This document shows, piece by piece, positions 1 to 12,100 of a stretch of 20,000 nucleotides of DNA (its first letter is position 1; each line of letters begins with the position of its first letter). This stretch comes from Sphaeroforma arctica JP610 (Eukaryota). The stretch lies in assembly GCF_001186125.1 (NCBI RefSeq), contig NW_014040387.1:52264-72263 (forward strand), given 5' to 3'. Position numbers and translations under genes: made by a program. Below the pieces are notes generated by a model. The model was not told where the DNA came from and ran no database searches. It saw only the letters and a program-made list of their open reading frames with translations.

Positions 1-754
1 TCATAAGTTTTTACTGAAGTTCTACAATAAGAGATTCACCTCTTATCCCTGCGCCTTTGTTGTCGACATTTGGAAACTTTGTCCGAATATCTTCTTCAAG
101 ATGGAGGCTGTACATAACTTTTAAAGTGCCTTGTGGCTAGTTTTTTATTCAAGAAGAATGTGTAGATGCTCTCGGGGCCAGAATGCCTTGCCGATATTGC
201 AACCTGTAGTTGCCGGCGTCAAATTATGTGTGGATTACTGTTTGCACCGAACGCTACAGTAGGAAAGTGGGTGGCTATTTTTCCAGCAACATAAATACGC
301 AGAATTAAAATAAGTTGGCCTGTCTGAAGCTGAGAACATCAGACCGGTCAAGGTGCTCCGGAGATCGAAAACCGGACGAGATCGGCAAAGTTCGACCATG
401 AAGAGCGGAGAGATGAGATACTGAAGTTAAAATACGAACATTTTCTCAATACTTGCATGGTCTTGCATGGTCTGATATTTCACAAATGGTGTTTGTTTAT
501 GTTTTTGTAAGCCTACTTTTTGTAGCTTTCCACTGGCAGTCTGGTTGGCAATGACAGGTTGCGGAATATGTGATAGCGTATCCCCTGCGCCTTGTTCTTG
601 AGTTGCATCTTGTATCTCGAACGTCCGCCTTAATAGGCAACACAGATTACCCTCTGTCGGTTTGTTCTGTCATTATACTCTTCGCCTGGGGTGGGTTCTG
701 ATCTTCAACGCTTATTCAATATGAAATGGTACTTGAACCCAGCCTCCAAAACTA

Positions 755-964
755 CTATGCGGCAAGCAACATTAAGAACACTTGACTGTTGGTGGTGAAT
801 TCTTCGAGCTCGCTAGCCTTCTTGACTAAGCCAATTAGTTCATCACTGACCGAGTTAGGATTTTCGGGGGCTATAGTCCCATCAAGGTTACGGACAAAAT
901 ACCCGTTGCCCTCCTTGCTTGCTATCTTGTATGATCCTCCGTATGGTGCTGTCATTTTATTCAT
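755..964 (-). pseudogene. Integrase C-terminal GPY/F-like module remnant of element A
   Basis: KMTAPYGGSYKIASKEGNGYFVRNLDG fits the KLxPxYxGPYxI...GxYxL pattern found after Gypsy integrases. Confidence 0.65.
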
Positions 965-1017
965 CTCGCCTGACCATTGTGTATGTGCTAATTGAGGTTG
1001 AATGTGTCTTGGTGTAC

Positions 1018-1390
1018 TCTTGATAACCTGTCAGCAACTTCATTGTCTTTGCCTGGCACGTGTATGATGGTGAAGTGATGATGAATTTTTTTTGCTATTC
1101 AGTTTGCGAGCATGGGATGCAGTGTTTGTTGCTTGTTCATCTGACATAACGCTTTGTGATCTGTCCACAATGCTATATCACCTCTTTTGATTTATTCTGA
1201 AAAGTGATCTAGGCTGTATACCAGCGCTAGTAGCTCTTTTGTGTTTGTCCCATATCTCTGTTGTGCAGGGTTTAGGCCATTTGAGTAATAGAGTATATCT
1301 CCTCTGACTCCATCTACGATTTGGAACAGATACGTCACTTGCGCCATTTATGATCTGAAACGGTACTCCAACTACTGGGTACGCCAATGT
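1018..1390 (-). pseudogene. Gypsy-type RNase H, element A
   Basis: LAYPVVGVPFQIINGASD (decayed TDASD), RYGTNTKELLALVYSLDHF, LWTDHKAL and FTIIHVPGKDNEVADRLSR, read across frameshifts. Confidence 0.9.
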
Positions 1391-1399
1391 TGCTGAGCA

Positions 1400-2300
1400 T
1401 GCAATGGCATCTCTGAGTTCTTCCTATTTCTTAATGAGCTCAGGTGTCCAAAGATTGGCTACATTCTGACTCATTTTTCCTTCCATGAGATTGCGGAAGT
1501 GTTTCGTTATGTATGCAAACTGAGGTATGTGGTCTCGCATGTAGTTTGCGCGTCCGACTGCTCGATGTAGGTCATGTTTGGTTCTTGGCAGTGGTCAGTC
1601 AATCATGCGTTTTGTTTTTCAGGGTCTGTTTTGAGCCCTTTTGTTGTAACTTTGATGCCTAGTATATTGACTGTCTTGACTGCAAACGCACACTTGTTGT
1701 GATTCAGCCTGAAGTTGGCAGCGTCAAGTCTACTGATGACTTCACGTAGTGGTTGTCTATGTTCTTCTTCTGTCATACTGGCAATGACTATGTCGTCCAC
1801 ATATACTTGTACTCCAATAATGTCAATGAGGAGGTTGGCCATCACTCGTTAAAGGTGTGCTGTTAGCGAGTGTAGTCCAAATGGAGCTGACTTGAACGAG
1901 TATTGTGCCCCTTTCCATGAAAAAGTAAAGAAGTGTTGGCTATTTTCGTGTGCACGAAGGTGGTAGAAGAATCCTGTCAAGTCCAATTCGGAAAAGAATT
2001 TTGCACCTTTTAGGTTGTGGAGTGCTTCCTTTATTTTCGGTAATACGAATTTGTCTTGTTCATGTTGATATTTGACTTCTCTTGAGTCTAAACATGTGCG
2101 TACTTGCTTTAACAGATCCGTCTGTTCAAAGTCCCCTGTGGATAGTAAAGGTAGATTTACTTGTGTGGGTGTTGTTCGTGTATATGTGGCTGAGCTTGGC
2201 CCATTTTCGAACATCGTCATCTGTTTGTGGTATGTACTTGGGTGGAACAAAGTTCACTTTAGCGTGACGAATGTTCTTGGCTTTGACCTCCTGACTTGGT
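1400..2300 (-). pseudogene. pol: Reverse transcriptase, element A
   Basis: RTCLDSR...DKFVLPKI...FFSELDLTGFFYH...FTFSWKGAQYSFKSAPFGL; VQVYVDDIVI...NKCAF...ILG...TDPEK; thumb region LPRTKHDLHRAVGRANYMRDHIPQFA...WTPE. Confidence 0.96.
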
Positions 2301-2439
2301 ATCTCCACTACTGATCCTGATAGATTGCTGTGGACATATGGTGGGATCTGACCGTTCTGGTCTGACAAGTCGGAGAGTGATTCTCTGAATCCTTCTTGTT
2401 CATGCTCAGGGCCTTCTTCTGTGGTGTGAGAAGTGATTC

Positions 2440-2790
2440 TCATCTGGCATCTGTTGGTATGAGTGGATTGATTATCCCCGCTAGATATATGCCTAAGTAT
2501 GGTGGAATGTCCATACCTAATGCAATTGGTGATCTCTTGTCTGGGAGGTCGAGTACCTCAAAGCAGTTTGAAGTTTTTCTACCGCCGTAATTTTTATCAT
2601 ATACTTCTGTGGAACCTATGCGTTGTACTCGTGCATCTGATTGTGCTAGCTGTATGTACCCAGGTTGTGCTTTTACGGACAAGTATAGTTCAGTTACTAC
2701 AGTGCGATCCATACATGAGCGTTGTGCTTCTGAATCTACTAGTGCGTTGTATGTGATGCTATTGATTTGTATGTCTATGTGCAATCATTG
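2440..2790 (-). pseudogene. Retropepsin-like aspartic protease, element A
   Basis: IQINSITYNALVDSEAQRSCM (DSGA decayed to DSEA), IQLA...RIGST and IALGMD flap/C-terminal motifs. Confidence 0.88.
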
Positions 2791-2929
2791 GTCTCGTGGG
2801 TTAAGAAGTAAAGAAATGGGTGTGTAAGCAATATCATTTGCATTTACTAACAACGTTTATTCATCAGTGTGTGTATTCACAATATATACTATGTTTATCA
2901 TGTTAGCTTCCGACCACCAAGCTTTTCAT

Positions 2930-4513
2930 AGTTCCTCATCCATCTCCTGCACCTTGTTGCCATTTGTAATAGCCAACTGGTCGATATGGTTGGGTTGAGG
3001 TTGCTGCGCTGCTCGAACTGCTGCTTTCAGATGGTTGCTTTCGTCTTTCTTGGGGCACAAACTGAATGTATGTGGGGAAGGGTCCATACCTCAGTGTGGG
3101 CAAGGTCTTGGTCCTCGTGGTGTTGGGGCGTGAGTACCCTGTCTATAGGACCGTCTCTACCTTGTCTTCCTTGTTGTCCACCACCTTTAAGCTGGTCCTC
3201 CCCTCTGGGTGGACCCCCTGAAGGTATGTCCACTCGTGGACGAGTGACTCTCTGGTCGGGGACGGGTGCGGTTCTCGCTCGCTTGTTGTCACGTTTGCGA
3301 TTAGCCTGTGTTATAGTTGCTTGTCTGCTCATGTCTTCAGTGAGTTCATGGAATACTTTTCTTATATGTCAGACAAGTGTCCACTGCTACCATCAGGCTT
3401 TGTTTGAGCCTTGATCAGTCTATCTGTTTCAGCTTGCAGTCCGTACATGACTAGTGCTTGGGAACGGGATGCTTTGAGGAATTGCCTATTAATGGACTCT
3501 CTCTCAGTGCCCTTGTATCGCTTCTCTAACTCAAACATTGTGCGGCGCAATCGTGCTCCTCGTACTTCAACATTCATGCGAGTGTCATAGAAGTCGTTGA
3601 GCCACTTCTCTAGTAGATAGTATACTAGGGTGCGACGCAGGTTGTCAATGATCAATATATTGTCTTCCACATCAGTGAAGTCTTTCCAAAGCTGTTTAGA
3701 ACTACGTATATTTTTGAGTGCAGTGTGCGATACCTCCGTTGCGTCTGTCTGTCTGAGCAATTCTTGTACGAGTGATAGGTACTGTACTACTGACATGTTT
3801 GTGCTCGCGAACAAGTCTTTTGCTACAGATACAAACTCAATTTTATCACGACTGTCAGCCATGCTGACGTACTTGTGTGTTGGCCACTTGGGGTTCTCAC
3901 TCATCTTGAGTAGCTTGTTCATCTTTGGTTCTGAGATTTCATCCCCTACATGAGATCTAATTAGAGTTAGCTCGCTCATAAAGCCACTGATTGCAATACA
4001 CTCATCGTAATCACTTTTATCACCGTCCTTCATAGCTTTATTGTGTAGCTCTGACAACCACTGATCTAGTACTGGTATCAATCTGTTGGGTTGTTGGGTG
4101 TAAACTGCCTTGCGGAGTTTGTGGAGTGCTCGTATATCAATGGGGTCGTCCGCCTTTTGTGCATACAACTTGTCCACTAGTATATCTACAATGTAGTCAT
4201 TGCCGTCATAGGTGGTTTTGTTAATGGCTATGTTATACTTACTCATTGCTGGCTCTAATGGAGCTCTTGCTGGTGTGGGCTCATCGTCCATGTGCATCGC
4301 TCCTTCTCCATTGTGTGGAGTAGAGGTGCGTAAGGAGACCTGGGAGACTAGCATTGTGTCAGTTTGTACTGGTCTTGTTCTGGCAGTACGACATATGCTC
4401 CCACGTGTGTGCCCACGAGTTGAGCTCACTTGTGTGCGTAGACTCCTTCTTGCTGCTCGTGTTCTTTGGTAGGGCGCAGACGTCTTTGACTGATATGCTT
4501 GTCCAGTGTACAT
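2930..4513 (-). pseudogene. gag: Gag-like protein of element A (open 3362-4513, likely ATG at 4354 or further in; frameshifted C-terminus with zinc knuckle)
   Basis: Lies directly upstream of the protease on the same strand. Long charged ORF followed by an R/G-rich segment and CPH*GMDPSPHTFSLCP at ~3052-3102 (knuckle whose second Cys is now TGA). Confidence 0.75.
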
Positions 4514-4720
4514 TGCAATTTAGAGTTCTTGTCGCGTGATGTGCGCGTAGTGTGCTATTTTCCGTTATTCTCTAGCTTCAATAAACTCTTTCTATAAGTC
4601 CACACGTTTTTATATAGTAAAAATCAGTAGTTCACCTTTATGTTGGGCCTCTTTGTGGTGTTCAGTGTAGTAGTCTGATGTAGTGTCTTGCACTTGATCT
4701 GCTCAACTTGACGTTCTCTG

Positions 4721-4860
4721 TGACACCTGGGTTTATGTTGAGAGTTTTTGGGGTTAATATATACACTTTGGTTTATCTCGGTTTATTCGTTAACTTATGA
4801 CACACTTGGTTTCTTGTGTGAACCCAGTTTATCGTGTTGACAACCTTGGTTTTTGGTTTG
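4721..4860. repeat. Four degenerate ACAC(C/T)TTGGTTT-like motifs at ~39-40 bp spacing
   Basis: tgacacctgggttt (4721), tacactttggttt (4762), gacacacttggttt (4799), gacaaccttggttt (4839). Confidence 0.45.
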
Positions 4861-6299
4861 TATTTCGGTTACTATTAATTTATATTTGTCTCGTGACAAT
4901 GTACCGCACTTCTTTGATTTAGGTAGTTGTTTGAGTAATGGTGTCTTGTGGCCTAATGTCTGACCGTATGTGTTTGTGAATATGAATTATACGTCACTCC
5001 ATTACTTGTAGTCTGTCTGTGTCTGTCTTTGTTGACCGTTGTATTCGTTGTTTATCCAACATGTATCGATCATGCGGAATGGATTGTTCCGGTTTGCTTC
5101 TACTTGTGGTATTATGTCGAGATGTTGTTTCTCTTTTGTCTTCGATTGCAGTGTGAAGTCGGCATGAAGTGTCTTGTTTGTAAGAGGCTTCTTCGTAGTT
5201 TCACTTTTTGTTTTCTATTGTACATTTTTAAAATAATAATAATTTATGTACTGGTTTATTGTATTGTGATGTGTAATCTTGCTTGACCTGGTGCCTTGTT
5301 TTTTAGTATATGAATGTGTTGTGTGATCTCAATGTTATCCTTCGATCTTGCTCTTGTACGCTAATTCACGTATTGGTGTGTTTGTTTTTCTTACCTGTAT
5401 TGTCTCTGGAGTTGAGATTTAAGTGTCTTATTTGTGTTTCACTAAGATTGTCTCTGATATGGAGATGTTAAGTGATGCTAGTTTTGATTTGCGAAATTGG
5501 TTGTTTATTTCGTGATATTGGCTCTTGTGTTATTTGAATGTGAGTGTTTCATGACATGTGTGTTATTGTACTTTTTACTTCAGTTCTCTGAAGTGGAGAT
5601 GTATTTCCCACTTTATGTCTTTCCTTGGTCTTGGTTGTGTTGATGTGGATATGTACTTCATTAACTCATGCATGCATATGTGCTCTAATCTTGTTGTGTG
5701 GCCTGTGTATATCCGATTTGCTGAATCTCAGTGTATGGCTCATTTATTCTTGGCTCGTTCGATTAATTATCTATGATGTGTGTCTATTGTAGATTTATTG
5801 CTGCTCTGTTATCTCTTGTGTTCGCGTAGCGTACCTCTGGATTTGAGGTTTATCGTCTGAATTTTAGTGATGCTTAAGATCTCAATTTTATCTGATGTAC
5901 AATTGCAATTGTTCTCTGATCTATTCTCAACTTGTCAGGTCTTTTATATTCGAGTTATTATCTTCGACTACTATTTTATGCCATTCCAAGTTGTAAGTGT
6001 CTAAGGTACAATATCGATTTCGATGTCGTGTTTTGTCTCAGTATTGATTCTGATGATATGTATAATTTCGAGATATTTATAAGTTGCCGCCTCGTTTGCG
6101 TTACCACGATGTCTTGCTATTTCTATTTGGCTTCGGGTCGTGTGTAACCTTCTCTATCTCTATGAACAATGTGTTGGAGATATTAAATCTTTTGTATATA
6201 CGATTCTCTGTGTAACCGAGCCGTTGTGTGGTGTCCTGGTGGTGAGGATATTCTTTTGTCTGTTTGCGATCACAGGTTTCAGTACTAGAACTTTTGTCT

Positions 6300-6369
6300 C
6301 CAATATTGATACTATACTCACCTTGACACTGTCCCCAATATTGATATTATATTCACCTTGACACTTTCC
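6300..6369. repeat. Tandem duplication, 2 x 35 bp
   Basis: ccaatattgatactatactcaccttgacactgtcc followed by ccaatattgatattatattcaccttgacactttcc (3 mismatches). Confidence 0.92.
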
Positions 6370-8854
6370 ACCGAACTTCTTTGTCTCTTCCTCCAAAGTT
6401 GACTTTGTATATCTCTAGTTTATGGGCCGGTATCTTATTGTGTTGTATTATGGCAATTACAGCACTGTCAAAATTATAAATAAAGAATAACACTATGGTT
6501 CTGCGAACCTTGTTTGGGGCGTATGCTTGCCTTTCTCAGAGAAGAAGCTTAGTCTTTCTTCCCAGTTCTTTTTTTTCTTGAGAGGACCTCACTTGGTCTC
6601 TTGATATTTGATTGTCAGCAGTGGCTCGTCTCTGAAGTAGACAACCTCTTTCTTGTTCCTCGTTATTGGTCCTCTTATGGTGTCTTCTATACTTATTTGA
6701 GTATTGGGGTACCTATGTCTGTTTCGACTGGTGTACAACAGAGACTTTTCTTGTTGTTTGACTTACCGTAGTAAGGATATTGTAAAAAATGTAGAGTTTG
6801 AGAGTAGCTTACAAGATACGACCAATGGAAACAATAGACCTCTTCTCAAATGCGAATCTCTCAGCTAGGTAAAAAGTCCCAGGCTGGAGGACTCGCATCG
6901 AGTCTTTGTTTGTGTTTGTTGTTTTCTACACTAGACTCAATTATTACTTAAGTGTTTCTCTCGCACGCGGGAGTCCCGGTATCATCTACCGGTATACCCG
7001 CTATATTTTTGATCACTTTATCATCAGAAATATTGGATCCTAGATCCAAAGCTCAGTATTGGATAATCCTGGGTTTTGGGTTTAGTATTGGCTCTTTCGA
7101 TAATCCGGTCCCTGTATGCTACATGACAATTATCACAATCGGCCATAAATGATAGGAAAATTTGTGATAATGATCATACAGTCGGTGATGAAAATTGGAG
7201 AATGCTACTCAGTTTATTTACATACCACAAATATCCATACATACAATACCTGACACAGAAGATGCAACTGACATGGTATACATATTACACGCAGACGGAT
7301 TTCGTGTGTGCGCACACCCGCTGCAAGGAAACTGAACCGCCAGTCGGTCCCCATGCCAGCTCGATCACATGAGAGTGCAATCCCAGTCGATTGGAAACCA
7401 ACTGCACTGCCTTCAGGGGAACAGATTGCAAAGCAACTCTTAGATACGATGCATCAATCGTTAAGGTTGTGTACACGGATGATGAAAATCAATGTTTGAA
7501 GTTAACTTCGCGGTTGTACGGGGTAACGGAATTTACCAAAAGCAAACTTCTAAACGAAATACACTAAGAGATTTTATCAAACAATGGTGTATACACGGGA
7601 CACTGGGCAAATCGGTGTTCGCTGGCACTACTACAGGGAGATACAGCTATAGTGCCAGAACAACGTGCGCTATCCAAATCTGAAGCTGAACTCTTATACA
7701 CGATTATACTTTCCGACGATTTGGAATAGCAATGGAAACGTTCGTAATGGCCATAAGTAGTACAATTACAACGTATTAACTATTTCCAGGTGCCTTCATG
7801 GATGAAGCAACAGATCACTATTGAGAAACTTGAAACAAGAAGGAGAAGGTGTACCTCGACAGAATAAGTTATAAGTACGCATTCCTCACTCGTAAACAAT
7901 TCGATGTTGGTCGTACCACACCGGGACAACCAAGTATCAGTAAATACACACGCATATAAGAATGGTACAAAATTCAATAAAAATGATACTGATGGCTTAG
8001 TGCGTCAATCTATGTTCAGCGACACATTGTTTTCTACACCGAGTTACAATTTCTAAATGCCCGCGCGTTCTGACGTATATAGAAGAGATTTTAATAAGTA
8101 CGATACATATTGTAATGGCTACACGTATTTTAAAGTGAAGTACTTGGGTGGTGGCAGGACACACATCGTACGTAGACCGGATGGGCAATAACTGTTGTAG
8201 CGATAGAACTAACGATGCTAGCGGGGAAGATCGAGATGATTGTGTTATGTAGTCAAACGGGTCAACCCCTGTGAAAGTTCTCGATTTTCGGTGTCACTGT
8301 CAGTATATAATTGAGGCTTGGATTGCCTGATAGCCAACAGCCCCGCTTATGAAAGAATTGCACTGTCATAGGATCAACTGAGACAGCTGCTTGTAGACAG
8401 ACAGTTGTAGGTAAGAACAGTGAGCACTTCCTGAGCATTAACATATGACGGTAAGTAGGTGGTTAAGAAGAACATGGTCAAGCGATTGTAATGGACACGT
8501 TTGGAGTCCAAATACGTAACGCATCGACAGCCGCAAAGAGAGCATCCAAGCTTACATACGATCAACTACTACAAATCAGTTTGCTGTCATAAGACAGTAG
8601 CCTTTGACTAGAGGTATGTGATGGGCCTTACCTCTGGGGTAGGGCATGGCCATGTTTATTCATACCTTGTGCCGTACAAAAGACGGATGGTACACCATTA
8701 TCATAGATATGCCGGCCGGATGGGAGCGTGACGTGCTCGTAATAACAACCCTGAATTATGGGAGTTAGGGCACTACATGATTAATTGGTGTGATGGGTGT
8801 GAGGAAAGTCACCAAACTTTCAAGTTTCTAGTTAAGGGCAATAAGGTGCGACTC

Positions 8855-9128
8855 CAAATCTATAATCAACATCCTATATAAATCATCGTTCCTGCCAATA
8901 GGAAGAAACTAGTGAAGGAGGTGCGAGTAAGAGTGTGTCAACAGAAGCGAGTGTGGGGGCGAATGATAACGACAATCCACGATATTAAACACAAATCTAT
9001 AATCAACATCCTATATAAATCATCGTTCCTGCCAATAGGAAGAAACTAGTGAAGGAGGTGCGAGTACGAGTGTGTCAACAGAAGCGAGTGTGGGGGCGAA
9101 TGATAACGACAATCCACGATATTAAACA
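8855..9128. repeat. Tandem duplication, 2 x 137 bp
   Basis: Units start caaatctataatcaacatcc at 8855 and 8992; the only mismatch seen is gagtaagag versus gagtacgag. Confidence 0.96.
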
Positions 9129-12100
9129 CATCAAACCGTCGACACATAGTTCGGTCCCTCTATATCAACTCAAGGTACACAGCAGTATTGGTAGGCAAGA
9201 CAAGTGAATGGCATGTTATATCAATTATATAAGATATACAATGAGATGCCTCTAGTATATATCGACGCAATTTTGGCCGAGTATCACTGGCCAAATTTGC
9301 ATCAGTTTATGTCTATTGCTGCAAGTGGCAGGACTAAAGAAGCAGAACGAATGCGGTCTCATGGTCATGAGAGAACAGAGCCCAAAAATATGCATTCAAT
9401 ATTTAAAAGCTATCCACAAATATTGAATTGATTCTTGTGATACGGTGCAAAGCACGGTTCAAGATAGTACTACATTAAGGTTTCGGTAATTCTAGTTGCT
9501 GGACGCGGCACGAGTTTGCGAAGAATCGAGGTGTAATACATTTGCTTGCTTTATTGCGGAAAGAGGCGCCTAGTATAAGATGTTGCCAAGAGATACAAAA
9601 ACACAATGTGTCGGTTTTCTATGTAGCTGCGAGGTCAATTAATTTTTGGGGATCCGGCAGCTCAGCAAGCAACTATGAATCTTCCACGTGTACTAACGCC
9701 TAAACAGCACAGCATTACGCAGGAAGGAAGGAAACTCATTTAGATAGAGAGAACGACACCCACTACTACCGAAATCGGTTTAAGATAGTCAATTGCTACC
9801 TTGGCTGAGGGGTGAACATGTGAGTTCAGATAGGATTGACAACTTTAACAAGTAGAAGCCACGCGAAGGTGTCGGCTCAAGGCCAGATTCTACTTGTCTG
9901 CGTGTGCTCAAAAATGAAGACAAGACACAGCACGAGATTGACCTCACCGTCTGCAGCTCGATTCATGGTTGTAGTTCATATTGTTTGCGGAAGCTATATG
10001 CTAAAACTTTAGATAACGGTGGAAAAAGTCGATGTTTTGGAGTGCCGATTAGGTTTTGGCACAGAGAATAAATTAGTACCAGCGAGATGTTATAGAAGAT
10101 TAGTATGCTCTATCAAAATAAAGTATGATTTTGCTAATGTTGAGTACAAGCGTGTCATCCTCGAGTAACACAAGACTCTACTCGATTGTTGGTTGGTGTG
10201 GTAAATACGATATGCAGGTCATCTTAAGGATGTATAACGACACACCTACTGTAAAAGGGGTTGTCAAAGAGTGGTGTGAGCAAATTTTCACTCAGAAGGA
10301 GCAATTTAAATATAAATCACATGATGAGGAAGAAGAATATGTGCCAATATTGGATGATACGTGAAAGAGTAGCTTAGAGGGGGAGACGGCTGATGAGAAT
10401 AGACACGTTTGGATGGTATTGCACTTGAAACACGCTGTATGCTTCAGCAGTCAGGTCTATATGTGAACAGAAATGATCACATGCAGAAAATCTGTGGCTC
10501 CGTAGTAAGATATTCATATAAAGGCGAAATTAGTGAACATGAAGCCCAGGATATATTCCGAAAAGTAATTGACAGACTTTTGACTGAGGGTACTAGCATG
10601 GAATCATTGGCAATCAATCTGAATATGGTCATACTCGAATCACGAGAATTGACAGCTGGGAGTCCTTCATGTGTCTGAGTGATGAAAATATGTACATATG
10701 CACGCATGTTTCTACGTATTTCACTGGATGTCGATAGACATCACGTAGAAAAGAAGGGAGACAGAGCAACTATGGCTGCGAGGGGCAATTAATGTGATAA
10801 CATAGGAATAAAAACAATGCTTTCGATCAATATCTCGATGTTAAGGACAAAATTGAAACGGATTGGGATGACTACCATGCTCAAAATCGGGTGAAAGTAG
10901 AAGAGTATGATGAATTAGAGAACACTGTTGAGCAGGCGCTTTCGTATTCTTTTCATGATTATAATGTGAAGAAAACTGCCAAACACAATGGCATTCCGTT
11001 TACTATCATGATATGTAGAATGTGAACAGGCCGTTGGACGAGAAATACTGCAGGACAACAATACACACAACGGCGCATACAGATGCGGCTAGTGGGAACG
11101 TAGGTGGATCAACAATGGATAAAATCGCACAATTCAGTCGATCAGCAATGAAATACGTATCCGTTGTAGAAGGTGGTAGTTCAATGACTTTTGCGAAGAC
11201 ACAACAGCAATACTCTATAGCCATTCTAATAATATTGGATATGTTTCATGTGCAGGAAGCAGATCATGGGCCATTTAGGTCAAAGGTGCAGTGATTGTAT
11301 TGCCAAGGACATACATCCTGCTGTCGGTCGTTTGGAGGCCATGATATTAGTTGAGTCTTCAAAACAGTTCTCGACACTCAACTCATCTAGTTGCCAACCA
11401 TAATTCTTTCAGATCACACACCTGGCCCCGTTTGCACAAAATTTTACCATTTGCACAACTTCTACATATGTGTGCATAAGAGGCAGAAACATGAAGACAC
11501 TTGTTTGCATTTTATAATATCAAATATAAAAGGGGTAAACACAAAATTGATGATTAGTCAGACAAAACGACTAAATGACAAGTTACACCGCATACACCGA
11601 CACCAATCGAGAAACGGAATGATTGCGTGATACACTGATGCATAGACGATTTTGTAATATCGGCATCTCTCTATCAGTCTAATCTATATATAGTTGAGGA
11701 ATCGATCAAAAGAAATTGTGCGCAGACAAGGTACGTACAATGGGATTCTTCACTCAACCACAAACTGAGCAGCTTTCGTCCTACCAGATCTGTTCGAATC
11801 TTTTGCTGTCGAAACCTACACCCCTGTTTTTATTTTATTTTTGTATGGCAGGGACTCTGTGTGTAAACGAATGATTATCGCGGGGAAAAAAATAGCAATC
11901 CAACACTCATGCCGGTAAATATTCATTTAGCACAAAACTCGATTGGCACCGAAATGAGCGTTGTGGACATTTCAGACGTTTTTTGTCTTCCGCCAAATAT
12001 CTGGTCATGCCACAATATTCTACTTGGTTACGATAAGGCACGCCGTCAGTTGGCCTGAGCTCCACACTGGCCGTGCGTTGGACTATTTTGTTGAATATGC

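Larger units (their letters stand above)
755..4513 (-). mobile_element. Degenerate Ty3/Gypsy LTR retrotransposon internal region (element A): gag-PR-RT-RNase H-[integrase core deleted]-GPY/F
   Basis: Collinear minus-strand motifs: gag-like ORF with zinc knuckle, ALVDSEA protease, YVDD RT, RNase H (KELLA, TDHKAL, PGKDNEVADRLSR) and a GPY/F-like tail. Domain order is Gypsy type. Many stops and frameshifts; no LTRs identified. Confidence 0.93.

Noticed and set aside
2986..4539. Plus-strand ORFs overlapping element A (2986-3414, 3630-3953, 4212-4472 and others)
   Set aside because: Antisense shadows of gag with no recognisable motifs.
4721..4860. CRISPR-like repeat-spacer array
   Set aside because: Repeats are only ~13 bp and degenerate, no cas genes are present, and the context is a eukaryotic retroelement.
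6955..7005. tRNA-like stretch tctcgcacgcgggagtcccggtatcatctaccgg
   Set aside because: Only a short hairpin and loose resemblance to a tRNA 3' half; no GTTCGA T-loop, D-arm or acceptor stem.
7105..7135. Possible primer-binding site and LTR edge of element A (minus strand TGTAGCATACAGG)
   Set aside because: Lacks the canonical TGG start, matches initiator tRNA-Met only briefly, and no matching second LTR is visible in the window.
10409..10678. Resemblance to an eIF2B-epsilon W2-type helical domain
   Set aside because: Only a vague pattern of helical and acidic residues with no diagnostic motif.
11870..12010. Promoter-like motifs (E2F-like ttccgccaaa, CCAAT-like attggc)
   Set aside because: Short motifs expected by chance, with no identifiable downstream gene.
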